A DNA stretch of 64,000 nucleotides from a virus. The stretch's first letter is position 1; each line of letters starts with the position of its first letter. The stretch spans positions 2,610 to 66,609 of the IMG/VR virus record IMGVR_UViG_3300042563_002923; one strand, given 5' to 3'. Below, piece by piece: positions 1-8,671 of the stretch. Made by a program: the position numbers and the translations under genes. The notes beneath the pieces were generated by a model. The model worked only from the letters and a program-made list of their open reading frames with translations. It searched no databases and had not been told where the DNA came from.

Positions 1-1
1 A

Positions 2-139
2 CCCGCAGATCAGCTTAAAGATTTGATGGGTTCTACAAAAGTACAATTAAGAAAGTATATGGATAGTGTAAGTTCAAAAGCATCTCCTGCAAACGGTAGA
101 ATGAATGTTGACACACTAATCCTTAGAGTTATTAAGTAA
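2..139 (+). CDS. 3' end of conserved T4-like hypothetical protein (truncated by window)
   Basis: Open frame PADQLKDLMGSTKVQLRKY...NGRMNVDTLILRVIK* ending at TAA 137-139; C-terminal NGRxNxxTxIL resembles a conserved T4-like phage protein. Confidence 0.6.
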   Translation, partial: PADQLKDLMGSTKVQLRKYMDSVSSKASPANGRMNVDTLILRVIK

Positions 140-147
140 GGTTTCAG

Positions 148-1056
148 ATGGCGTTAAAATTATCATTTTGTCAATTAATTAAAATTGTTCTATCGCAGAT
201 TGGCGGTAGCCCGTTACAACAAGTTTACTCTCAGTTGTCTCAGGGATTGCAGCAAATTACTAAGGGCGGAATTATCCCTAGTGAATTTGCACAGTTAAAA
301 ACATTTATAGATCAAGTTACTACTGCGTTGAATGCTGTTCCTGGCGACATCAATGCGATGCAACAAATGACAAATCAATTTTTCTACAACCCAGTTAAAA
401 CAGTTATAGATGAATCGATTGCTTTAATTGATACTAGAAAATCTCAGATTTCAGAAGATGTTGGTTCGGGGATTGTACCTACATCTGGCAATGAGGCTGA
501 ATATGCTAAACTATTAGAAATACGAATAGATTTATTAGAGTTTCAAGGCCATACTAATATTTTATCAGGGGAAAGCCCTCCCTCTTTAACTGCTGGATTT
601 GGTGGATGTACTCTTGCTGATTTATTAGGAAGTGGGTGTTCACCAGCTGCAGATGTACCAGATATTGATCTTCAAGTATTAGTTGATGGATTTAATTCTG
701 GCGCAATATTAAATCAATTTAAAACAAATTTGTCAAGTTTAATTGCAAATCAAACAGGATTTACACAAGTATCAGCTGCAATTAATAATTTGCAATCAAG
801 TATTGTAAACTTTAATACTACCGTAACAAGTAAACTAAATAAGATAGTTATTCAAAAGGCAGTTGAAACCTATATTACTAATTTAGCGTTTAACCTATTA
901 TCGGGGTGTAGTAGTCCCGTAATAAACGCCACTATTAGACCAACTGCAAAATCAGCAATTGCCCCGTTTGTAGAATATTATCAAAAAATACAAAATGGTG
1001 TATTAAATGCAGATGGTTCAACCCCTGACGCAAACAATACAACATTAGCAACTTAA
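148..1056 (+). CDS. hypothetical protein (Q/N/S/T-rich, helical)
   Basis: 302 aa ORF with AAGG RBS; no recognisable motif. Confidence 0.75.
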   Translation: MALKLSFCQLIKIVLSQIGGSPLQQVYSQLSQGLQQITKGGIIPSEFAQLKTFIDQVTTALNAVPGDINAMQQMTNQFFYNPVKTVIDESIALIDTRKSQISEDVGSGIVPTSGNEAEYAKLLEIRIDLLEFQGHTNILSGESPPSLTAGFGGCTLADLLGSGCSPAADVPDIDLQVLVDGFNSGAILNQFKTNLSSLIANQTGFTQVSAAINNLQSSIVNFNTTVTSKLNKIVIQKAVETYITNLAFNLLSGCSSPVINATIRPTAKSAIAPFVEYYQKIQNGVLNADGSTPDANNTTLAT

Positions 1057-1071
1057 ACAGAAAGATATATT

Positions 1072-1959
1072 ATGATCGTTGTTGATTACAGCCAAACGGC
1101 AATTTCAAACTTGATGGCAGAAATTGGTGGTAGAAAAGATATTGAGATTCAGGTGCCTTTGTTGCGTCACATGATTTTAAATTCTATTCGCGGATATAAA
1201 CAAAAATTTGGTAAAGATTATGGGCAGCTTGTTATTGCTATCGACAATCGTAATTATTGGAGGAGACAAGAATTCCAATACTACAAAGCAGGTCGCAAAA
1301 AAGCACGTGAGGATTCTGGTCTAGATTGGAAAACAATCTTCGAAGCCCTTGATCTTATTCGTACTGAGATTGATAAATTTTTTCCTTATAAAGTAGTTAA
1401 CGTCGACGGCGCCGAAGCAGATGATGTAATTGCAGTATTGGCAGAGTGGTCTCAAACCAATGACTTTGCAGAAGGTGGAGTCTTTAACGATGATCCAAAA
1501 CCATTCTTAATTGTATCGGGTGATCATGATTTTATTCAATTACAAAAGTATAAGAATGTAAAACAATTTTCTCCTACACAAAAGAAATTTGTTAAACCGG
1601 AAATGTCACCTACTCAATATATTTTTGAGCATACAATTAAAGGTGATAAAGGCGACGGTATCCCTAATGTATTATCTGCGGATGATAGCATTGTAGCGGG
1701 AGAAAGACAAAAACCTATTACTGCTAAGAAATTAGAAGCATGGTATAAAGATAAAACATCTATGCCAAATGATGCAGATTTTATTCGCAATTTTGAGCGT
1801 AATCAAAAATTAGTTGACTTTAGTTTTATTCCTGCAGATGTTAAAAACGCTATTATAAATAACTACACAGGGCAACCTGATAAAAATAAGAGTATGCTTT
1901 TGAACTTTTTCATTGAGCATAAAATGAAAAACATGCTAGAATTGATTGAGGAATTTTAA
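1072..1959 (+). CDS. rnh: T4-type RNase H / 5'-3' flap exonuclease
   Basis: MIVVDYSQ start, YWRR..YYKAGRKK, EADDVIA, SGDHDFIQLQ, GDKGDGIPN motifs. Confidence 0.95.
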   Translation: MIVVDYSQTAISNLMAEIGGRKDIEIQVPLLRHMILNSIRGYKQKFGKDYGQLVIAIDNRNYWRRQEFQYYKAGRKKAREDSGLDWKTIFEALDLIRTEIDKFFPYKVVNVDGAEADDVIAVLAEWSQTNDFAEGGVFNDDPKPFLIVSGDHDFIQLQKYKNVKQFSPTQKKFVKPEMSPTQYIFEHTIKGDKGDGIPNVLSADDSIVAGERQKPITAKKLEAWYKDKTSMPNDADFIRNFERNQKLVDFSFIPADVKNAIINNYTGQPDKNKSMLLNFFIEHKMKNMLELIEEF

Positions 1960-2453
1960 TGAAAACATCTATCCCACAAATCCTTGAAGAGGTTGACAAG
2001 GCCCCCAATAAAGAAGCACGCGTAAAAGTCTTACGTGCATATAATCATCCAGTGCTTCGAGGTATCTTGCAGATTAATTTTAACCCCGATGTTAAATTGG
2101 CATTGCCCGAAGGTGTACCCCCTTATAAACGGGATGAAAAAATTCCTGCAGGGTATTCTGAAACAAATTTATTTTCAGAATTTCGTCGTATGTATATTTG
2201 GTTAGATCCTAATATTAATCTTAACAAGCTCAAAAAAGAGCAATTGTTTATACAAATGTTAGAAGGTATTCATTGGACAGAAGCGGATGTATTATGTTTA
2301 GCAAAAGATAAAAAGTTGCAAACAAAATATAAAAATCTAAAAGAGGATATTGTACGTGAAGCATTTCCAGATGCCCTTCCTCCACCTAAACCAGCGGAAG
2401 TAGTAACGAAAGACCCAAAAGCAAAAAAAGAGAAAGTCTCTTTGAAAGGTTGA
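1959..2453 (+). CDS. conserved T4-like hypothetical protein downstream of rnh (DUF6433-like); possible -1 frameshift extension to 2587
   Basis: LPEGVPPY, KKEQLFIQMLEGIH..EA.VL..AKDKKL motifs typical of this family; position after rnh. Confidence 0.75.
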   Translation: MKTSIPQILEEVDKAPNKEARVKVLRAYNHPVLRGILQINFNPDVKLALPEGVPPYKRDEKIPAGYSETNLFSEFRRMYIWLDPNINLNKLKKEQLFIQMLEGIHWTEADVLCLAKDKKLQTKYKNLKEDIVREAFPDALPPPKPAEVVTKDPKAKKEKVSLKG

Positions 2454-2490
2454 CTCGGTTCTTCAAACGAGACGTACCCGAACCGGTTAA
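2423..2490 (+). other. candidate -1 ribosomal frameshift element (A_AAA_AAA + 6 nt spacer + H-type pseudoknot)
   Basis: In-frame heptamer 2423-2429; stem 1 GTCTCTTTGAA 2436-2446 / TTCAAA(C)GAGAC 2462-2473; stem 2 CGGTTC 2456-2461 / GAACCG 2480-2485; -1 frame open to TAA 2585-2587. Confidence 0.6.
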
Positions 2491-2573
2491 AAGTGAATGG
2501 TCATATTATGGTGAAATACCAGATGACCCAAAACACGACCCTAGAATTATGAATATCCATCAATACAGAGCAT

Positions 2574-2602
2574 TTGACAAACGTTAAAAAAGATGTTATA
2601 AT
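2574..2602 (+). promoter_or_regulatory. sigma70-type early promoter
   Basis: TTGACA-17 nt-TATAAT, perfect consensus, with TG extension. Confidence 0.85.
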
Positions 2603-2621
2603 ATAGTATGGGAGATTTGAT

Positions 2622-3014
2622 ATGACAATGCACATCGTTGGACCTTGGTTATCTACAAATGGTAAGAAAAAGGGCAAGGTTAAATTCAAAAGCGCAGAAG
2701 AGGCACGCAATGCTAGAGCTCTTGCACAAGAGTGGTCTTCTATGAAGAAAAAATGGGGAGTAGAAATTGAAGAGTCTAAGCGTAACCGCGCTATGGCTGC
2801 TGAGGTTTATTCTCCCCCAGTAACATCCAATCCTCGCGGTGTTACAAATAATATCAAAAGTTTAAATTCAAAAACAACCGGTGCGGTTTCAAGTAAGCCG
2901 TCGCCCGTGTATACTGGTACAAAGGTTATAGGTATCGGCACAATGCACAAATCCAATGCCGTTCCTATCTTTAGTGATGACGAGGCAAAAGAAATTTCTA
3001 CAATGAGGCGTTAA
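2622..3014 (+). CDS. conserved phage hypothetical protein
   Basis: GGGAG RBS; C-terminal YTGTKVIGIGTMHKSNAVPIF motif seen in T4-like phages. Confidence 0.75.
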   Translation: MTMHIVGPWLSTNGKKKGKVKFKSAEEARNARALAQEWSSMKKKWGVEIEESKRNRAMAAEVYSPPVTSNPRGVTNNIKSLNSKTTGAVSSKPSPVYTGTKVIGIGTMHKSNAVPIFSDDEAKEISTMRR

Positions 3015-3022
3015 TAATAAAA

Positions 3023-3376
3023 ATGAGTGAAGCATATATTAAAACCCCGCGCGCGTGGGGATACTATCATGTTCTACATGAACACGGTAAAGATGTTAAA
3101 GTTAAAGAACTTACTGTTGATTCAGGCAAATGTTTAAGTATGCAACGACATAAAGATCGTGCAGAGCATTGGTTTGTCGCAGAAGGCACAGCTACAGTTT
3201 ATGCGTTAAATTGTAGTACAGATGTTGAGCTAAAGGGAGTCTATACTAAATTTGATAGTCTCCATATTAGCAAAACAGAGTGGCATCAGCTTTGCAATGA
3301 AACTGATGACCCATTGAAGATTATCGAAATCCAGTATGGCGATAATTGTATTGAAGATGATATTGAAAGGAAATAA
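3023..3376 (+). CDS. cupin, mannose-6-phosphate isomerase type II C-terminal-like
   Basis: RAWGYY...KVKELTV..GKCLSMQRHKDRAEHWFV..G...WHQL.N...IIEIQYG...EDDIER. Confidence 0.85.
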   Translation: MSEAYIKTPRAWGYYHVLHEHGKDVKVKELTVDSGKCLSMQRHKDRAEHWFVAEGTATVYALNCSTDVELKGVYTKFDSLHISKTEWHQLCNETDDPLKIIEIQYGDNCIEDDIERK

Positions 3377-3379
3377 ATT

Positions 3380-3661
3380 ATGGCAGGTATCCCATCCAAC
3401 CCGGCAGATCGTAAAGCAATTTTAGAATGCATGAAAGAAATCTCAAATAGTATGGCTCGCATGGACGGCGAGCGCGAATTCGTTCGTGAAGCTATTAAAG
3501 ATATTTGTGAAAAACAAGAACTTAGCAAAAAGACTTTCCGTCGTATGGCTAAGGTATATCACAAACAAAATTTCAGCAAAGAAATTGAAGAGCACGAAGA
3601 GTTTGAAACAATGTATGAGACAATTACAAACTCAACAACAATGAATAGTAAAACAGAATGA
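3380..3661 (+). CDS. dsbA: T4 DsbA-like double-stranded DNA-binding protein
   Basis: 93 aa, KEISNSM...KKTFRRMAKVYHKQNF..E..E.EEFETMYE pattern. Confidence 0.7.
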   Translation: MAGIPSNPADRKAILECMKEISNSMARMDGEREFVREAIKDICEKQELSKKTFRRMAKVYHKQNFSKEIEEHEEFETMYETITNSTTMNSKTE

Positions 3662-3846
3662 TTCGTTATATCCTTGAAGCAACTTGGCGAGATAAAATTG
3701 GTCGCAATAAAAAGCAATCAATAATTGGCGTCTACGCCAAATTAGAAGACATTGAAGATGCTAAGCAAAAAGTTTCAAGCGAACCGCATAAGTATAAGAG
3801 TGTTACATTTAACGTACAATCCGAGGAGCATCCATTTTTTGCTTAA
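3658..3846 (+). CDS. hypothetical protein
   Basis: 62 aa ORF, ATGA overlap with upstream gene. Confidence 0.6.
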   Translation: MIRYILEATWRDKIGRNKKQSIIGVYAKLEDIEDAKQKVSSEPHKYKSVTFNVQSEEHPFFA

Positions 3847-3870
3847 TTTTTAAGCATAATACCCATATGC

Positions 3871-3899
3871 TTGACAAGGATACTATTTTCTGTTATAAT
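3871..3899 (+). promoter_or_regulatory. sigma70-type early promoter
   Basis: TTGACA-17 nt-TATAAT upstream of DNA ligase. Confidence 0.85.
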
Positions 3900-3926
3900 T
3901 AAGACAAGAACTTAAGGAAACTGTTA

Positions 3927-5252
3927 ATGACTATATTATCTACTATTTTTGACTCTTTAGCCGCTGACAATTCCCGCCTGGCTAAAGAAGCAATCTTAAC
4001 TGCAAATAAAAATAATAAAGATTTACAACGAGCAATCAAACTTGCTCTGGATCCGCTTATCAGTTTTTACATTCGTAAAATTCCAGAATATAAAGCAACC
4101 GGCAATGCAAAATTGTCGGATGCAATGAGTACTCTTGAGAATGAATTTGCTACACGCAACTTCACTGGTAATGCCGCAATTGAACTTTTAACTAGTATTT
4201 TGGAATCTTTAAATGAAGCAGATGCCAGTGTTATTGAAAAAATTATCAAGAAAGACCTTCGATGCGGGGTTTCAGAAGCAACAGCTAATAAAATCTGGCC
4301 TGGTCTTGTCTCGACCTATCCGGTTATGTTGGCTTCTGGATTCGACCAAAAGCTTGTCGACAAAATTAAATTCCCGGCATACTGTCAGTTAAAATTAGAT
4401 GGAATGCGTTTTAACGCAATTGTAAAAAATGGAACTGTTGAATATCGTAGCCGCAACGGCAAAGAACTTACTATTCCAAGTAAGTTGTTTAGTGACGCAT
4501 TTCTCAAGCTTACTAGTTATTATGATACCGCTATTGTTTTTGATGGCGAATTACTAGTAGTAGATCATGCAGGTAAACCGCTTGATCGCAAAACAGGCAA
4601 TGGTATCCTTAGCAAAGCTGTTAAAGGTACAATGTCAGAAAAAGAAGCAGAATCAGTTCGTGTAACACTATGGGATGCGATTCCATATATTGACTTTAAA
4701 GCAGGTTGTTATGCTGTTCCTTATAATGATAGGTTTCAAGCAATTGTTAACAGAACTACACATCTAAAAACAACGAATCGCTCATTAGGTTCATTAATTG
4801 ATTGCGTATGGACTAAAGAAGTAAATACACAACTTGAAGCACAAAATATATTTGAGAAGTTCTTAGCTGATGGGCAAGAAGGAACTATTCTTAAATCTAA
4901 GACAAACATCTGGGAAGATAAGCGCTCCAAAGAACAAATTAAATTCAAAGGTGAATTGGAATGTGATCTTGTTGTCGTAGGTTGGGAAGAAGGCACAGGT
5001 AAAAACAAAGGTCGCTTAGGCGCACTTGTATGTGAATCGTCTGACGGATTAATTCAAGTTAATGTTGGATCGGGTTATACTGACGAGCAACGCGAAGAAT
5101 ATAATAAATCTGTTATTGGTAAAATTGTAACCGTTAAATACAATGCAAGAATTAAAGATCGTGGCGAAAATGTTGAACGATTATTCTTGCCAATCTTTAT
5201 TGAAATACGCGAGGACAAAGATGCAGCAGATCCAATCGGAAAAATCAAATAA
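3927..5252 (+). CDS. 30: ATP-dependent DNA ligase (gp30)
   Basis: KLDGMR motif I, FDGEL, EGTILK, WEDKRS, OB-fold GSGYTD, LFLPIF.EIREDK. Confidence 0.96.
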   Translation: MTILSTIFDSLAADNSRLAKEAILTANKNNKDLQRAIKLALDPLISFYIRKIPEYKATGNAKLSDAMSTLENEFATRNFTGNAAIELLTSILESLNEADASVIEKIIKKDLRCGVSEATANKIWPGLVSTYPVMLASGFDQKLVDKIKFPAYCQLKLDGMRFNAIVKNGTVEYRSRNGKELTIPSKLFSDAFLKLTSYYDTAIVFDGELLVVDHAGKPLDRKTGNGILSKAVKGTMSEKEAESVRVTLWDAIPYIDFKAGCYAVPYNDRFQAIVNRTTHLKTTNRSLGSLIDCVWTKEVNTQLEAQNIFEKFLADGQEGTILKSKTNIWEDKRSKEQIKFKGELECDLVVVGWEEGTGKNKGRLGALVCESSDGLIQVNVGSGYTDEQREEYNKSVIGKIVTVKYNARIKDRGENVERLFLPIFIEIREDKDAADPIGKIK

Positions 5253-5457
5253 TTTCATCATTACATTAATTGAAGATGGCGATGATTTAATATTGCCATT
5301 ACCTGAACGATTACTTGAAGAAGCAGGTTGGAACGAAGGTGATATTTTAGATTGGTCTGACAATGGAAATGGTTCATGGACTTTAACAAAGATTACACCA
5401 GTAACACCCGAAGAAGAAGAAGCTTGGAAAGAACTAGAACGTAAAAATAATATATAA
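5221..5457 (+). CDS. AbrB/MazE-like swapped-hairpin DNA-binding protein
   Basis: DGDDLILPLPERLLEEAGWNEGDILDW pattern; ATG 5221 after GAGG RBS preferred over 5143. Confidence 0.6.
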   Translation: MQQIQSEKSNNFIITLIEDGDDLILPLPERLLEEAGWNEGDILDWSDNGNGSWTLTKITPVTPEEEEAWKELERKNNI

Positions 5458-5473
5458 AGAGAAAGACCTCTTT

Positions 5474-5746
5474 ATGAACGCTAAAGTTTTTAGATTCCCC
5501 GATAGAAATAAAATAGTTGTTTATAAAATTCCGTTATATACGGATGAAGATATATTTCTTACTGTTTTAGCTGTTAATATCTTTAGTTCATTTCCGCATA
5601 AAATAACCGCAGCTAATTTAGAAGAATGTGATCCTGCTATTGTTATTGCCGCAATATCCCAAGCATGTACTACCGATATATTCTCAGATTCCGCAAAACA
5701 AACTTACCTCGATATTATTAAATCTGTTGAACGTCTTGAAAAATGA
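5474..5746 (+). CDS. hypothetical protein
   Basis: 90 aa ORF in operon context. Confidence 0.6.
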   Translation: MNAKVFRFPDRNKIVVYKIPLYTDEDIFLTVLAVNIFSSFPHKITAANLEECDPAIVIAAISQACTTDIFSDSAKQTYLDIIKSVERLEK

Positions 5747-6288
5747 ATATCTTTTATCTACATAATGATCCAAAAACGTGTGCTGAACTACACAACGATA
5801 AACACGTTGTAAAAATGATTCTCGAATATGCTCAATTACTTTCTACTGCTCACAGGTTTATTGACGGTGTCCCTAGTGTTGATAGGGGAACTAGGACTGG
5901 CAGACAACGAACCTCGTATATACTCTCTGATAGCCGCGATGCTGTGCTTTATCGGGCTACTCATATCAACCATCCTTCAGCAATTTGGGTAAGACATTCT
6001 TATGAAAATTATGAATGGTTGTATAAGTTATTCATTGCAGTATTAAACGAATATACCCATAGGTATGGTAGAATACATGCTACTGCTCGACTGATAGATG
6101 TATTATACACACCTCCAACTCATATTCCTAAAGGAGTGGGGTTTACAGAACCTACTCCTGCAATGCCCGACGAATATAAGATAACCGGGAATTCCGTCAG
6201 ATCATATATAAATTATTATGTTGGTGCAAAAAAGCATCTAGCATCCTGGAAAAAAAGACAAACACCTGAATGGTTTACATATGCCTAG
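5743..6288 (+). CDS. pyrimidine-dimer DNA glycosylase (DenV)-like family protein
   Basis: MNIFYL...HNDKHVVKMILEYAQLLSTAH, THINHPS.IW, EY..RYG.IH, PAMPDEYK. Confidence 0.7.
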   Translation: MNIFYLHNDPKTCAELHNDKHVVKMILEYAQLLSTAHRFIDGVPSVDRGTRTGRQRTSYILSDSRDAVLYRATHINHPSAIWVRHSYENYEWLYKLFIAVLNEYTHRYGRIHATARLIDVLYTPPTHIPKGVGFTEPTPAMPDEYKITGNSVRSYINYYVGAKKHLASWKKRQTPEWFTYA

Positions 6289-6538
6289 TTATACATTAAA
6301 ATGCAATGATTGTGATACAATGTTCGACGTACTCTGTCGATATGATGTAAGAGCCGAACAACAATGCCCATCCTGCAAATCAACAAATCACGAGAACCAC
6401 ATCACTAGTGCTCCGGTACTAGGAGACTCTGTACGTCTAGGAGTCACTAAACCCGATGGTGGTTTTAACGAAGTCTTGTCTAAGATACACTCTCAGAATT
6501 ATAAGAGTAACTTGGCAGACAAACTAAGTAGACGGTAA
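6281..6538 (+). CDS. FmdB-family zinc-ribbon protein
   Basis: MPSY..KCNDC...F...CPSC; precedes phoH as in other T4-like phages. Confidence 0.8.
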   Translation: MPSYTLKCNDCDTMFDVLCRYDVRAEQQCPSCKSTNHENHITSAPVLGDSVRLGVTKPDGGFNEVLSKIHSQNYKSNLADKLSRR

Positions 6539-6562
6539 TGCTTCCAATAACTTTAACTCCAC

Positions 6563-6606
6563 GGAGGAATGAATAGCCGAAAGTCTATTTGTCCTCCTTT
6601 TTTCTT
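6563..6606 (+). terminator. hairpin plus U-tract (terminator or attenuator) before phoH
   Basis: GGAGGA..GAATAG-ccgaaagt-CTATTT.TCCTCC followed by TTTTTTCTTT. Confidence 0.6.
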
Positions 6607-6619
6607 TAAGAGGGCATAC

Positions 6620-7366
6620 ATGGCAAAGTCTAAAAATAATACTCAGTTACAGCCAGATCAACCGCAAATAACTTTAGCAAATAATCGCTTAAGGTTACGA
6701 TTAGATGATATGAAAGTAATAGAGCCATTAACAGACAACCAGAAACTATTTTTTGACGCATACGAAGATTCCAGTATAATGCTACTTCATGGAGTAGCAG
6801 GAACAGGAAAAACTTTTATTGCCTTATATCATGCTTTAGAAGAAGTGCTTAATAAGACAAATCCTTATAAGCGGGTAATCATAGTTAGATCAGCAGTACC
6901 TAGCAGGGAAATTGGTCACTTACCAGGAGACGAAAAAGAAAAGACAGAAGTTTATACTGAACCCTATGTCGAAGTTTGTCAAGATCTTTTCGGAAGACAT
7001 GACGCATATCAAAGATTAGAAGAACAAGGAGCAATTAAGTTTTTAATAACGTCGTTTGTCAGAGGTATTACTTTAGAAGATTCTATTATCATTGTAGATG
7101 AATGCCAAAATATGACAGACATGGAATTAAATTCCGTTATTACAAGAGTAGGTAATCGAAGCAAAATTGTATTTTGTGGAGACTTTAGGCAAACAGATTT
7201 ATACAGAAAAACAGACATGTCTGGACTCAAAAAGTTCATGGCAATCGCCGATATGATGCCCTCATTTAAAACATTCGAATTCGGCGTGGATGATATCGTT
7301 AGATCTGCTATTGTAAAAGAGTATATTTTAGCAAGATTAGATTACGAAACAAGGTATTGTACTTAA
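6620..7366 (+). CDS. phoH: PhoH-like ATPase
   Basis: GVAGTGKT Walker A, IGHLPG, FVRGITL, IVDECQN, GDFRQTDL, DIVRS; start 6620 after AAGAGGG RBS. Confidence 0.95.
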   Translation: MAKSKNNTQLQPDQPQITLANNRLRLRLDDMKVIEPLTDNQKLFFDAYEDSSIMLLHGVAGTGKTFIALYHALEEVLNKTNPYKRVIIVRSAVPSREIGHLPGDEKEKTEVYTEPYVEVCQDLFGRHDAYQRLEEQGAIKFLITSFVRGITLEDSIIIVDECQNMTDMELNSVITRVGNRSKIVFCGDFRQTDLYRKTDMSGLKKFMAIADMMPSFKTFEFGVDDIVRSAIVKEYILARLDYETRYCT

Positions 7367-7374
7367 TATAAATA
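7367..7374 (+). promoter_or_regulatory. T4-type late promoter
   Basis: TATAAATA upstream of secreted protein and endolysin genes. Confidence 0.65.
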
Positions 7375-7375
7375 T

Positions 7376-7404
7376 AAGAGCCGGACTAATAATTCGGCTC
7401 TTTT
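7376..7404 (+). terminator. intrinsic terminator after phoH
   Basis: AAGAGCCGGA-ctaataa-TTCGGCTCTT stem ending in a T run. Confidence 0.65.
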
Positions 7405-7415
7405 CAAAGGTAAAT

Positions 7416-7715
7416 ATGAAAAAAATATTAATTTCTATTGTATTATCTCTATTCGGATTAACCGCATCTGCGCAACATTATTCGACTTATGGTGGAGTAT
7501 TTTATCAAGGACATAACAATCATAATAGAGGATGGATTGTTCCTGTTATTATTGGCGGTGTTATTGGATACGAGCTAAATAGATCTCGGGCAAACACTGT
7601 TATTGTTCAACAACCAAATGTAATTGTAACACAACAGATGGAATGTACTCCTTGGAAAGAAATACAACAATACGATGGCACAGTAACAAGAGAAAGAACG
7701 TGCTATCAAAAATAA
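7416..7715 (+). CDS. exported hypothetical protein
   Basis: Signal peptide MKKILISIVLSLFGLTASA, hydrophobic glycine-rich segment, C-terminal Cys pair. Confidence 0.7.
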   Translation: MKKILISIVLSLFGLTASAQHYSTYGGVFYQGHNNHNRGWIVPVIIGGVIGYELNRSRANTVIVQQPNVIVTQQMECTPWKEIQQYDGTVTRERTCYQK

Positions 7716-7724
7716 AGGATAAAA

Positions 7725-8363
7725 ATGGCTGACGGATTTGATTTCAATTTTACAGAAGAACAAGTGCATCATTTATTACCTCGAGTAAAAAATGTTGCTG
7801 AATGGTATGATGCAATGGTTGAAACATTGCCGCAATATGGTATTAACGATATTGCTCGGGTATCGGCATTTATTGCCCAATGTGCGCATGAGTCTGGCGG
7901 ATTTACTGTTATGCAGGAGAACCTGAACTATAGTGCAGATGGTCTGCAAAAAATCTTTGGTAAGTATTTTCCTAATCCTCAAATTGCCGCGCAATATGCA
8001 AGACAACCTGAAAAGATTGCTAACAGAGTGTACGCAAACAGGATGAGCAATGGAGACGAAGCAAGCGGTGATGGTTGGAAGTTTAGAGGCCGTGGTCTTA
8101 TTCAATTGACAGGTAAACACAATTATACAAAATGCTCCGAAGCATTTTTTGACGATCATACATTATTAGAACAACCTGACATTCTAGTTCAACCATATTA
8201 TGCTTTAAATTCAGCATGCTGGTTCTGGAATGCAAACAAATTAAATGAACTTGCAGATGCGCAAGACATTAAGATGATGACAAAGAAAATTAATGGTGGA
8301 TTCATTGGTCTTGAAGATCGAATTAAACACTATAATCACGCAGTAGATATTTTACAAGGATAA
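7725..8363 (+). CDS. glycoside hydrolase family 19 endolysin
   Basis: AFIAQCAHESGGF..ENLNYS, GDGWKFRGRGLIQLTGKHNY, SACWFW, TKKINGG..GLEDR. Confidence 0.92.
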   Translation: MADGFDFNFTEEQVHHLLPRVKNVAEWYDAMVETLPQYGINDIARVSAFIAQCAHESGGFTVMQENLNYSADGLQKIFGKYFPNPQIAAQYARQPEKIANRVYANRMSNGDEASGDGWKFRGRGLIQLTGKHNYTKCSEAFFDDHTLLEQPDILVQPYYALNSACWFWNANKLNELADAQDIKMMTKKINGGFIGLEDRIKHYNHAVDILQG

Positions 8364-8368
8364 AAAAA

Positions 8369-8668
8369 ATGGTAATGGTTGAAACTTTAACTGATGAGCA
8401 AATTCAAAGTTGTTTATCTGAAGGTATTAATTTAGAAATATTTAAAAGACAAGCTATTGCTTGTCAAAAATTAATGCCAGCTTTTTACGATGGAAAAGAC
8501 AAATATGTAATTTCCGATGTGCAAACTGCAATTAATTACTGTATGGAAATAAAAGATACATTTACCTCAGAAGAGCATACGCCAGAGAGGGATACAGAGT
8601 TTTACGCAAATTATAACCCTGTACTTCAAGCAGGTATAAAACTTAATGAATTGTTAATGGCAGACTAA
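8369..8668 (+). CDS. hypothetical protein
   Basis: 99 aa ORF in operon context. Confidence 0.6.
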   Translation: MVMVETLTDEQIQSCLSEGINLEIFKRQAIACQKLMPAFYDGKDKYVISDVQTAINYCMEIKDTFTSEEHTPERDTEFYANYNPVLQAGIKLNELLMAD

Positions 8669-8671
8669 ATT

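Noticed and set aside
6569-6619. Upstream phoH start given by the ORF track
   Set aside because: Lies within the terminator-like hairpin; ATG 6620 has a good RBS and gives a typical N-terminus
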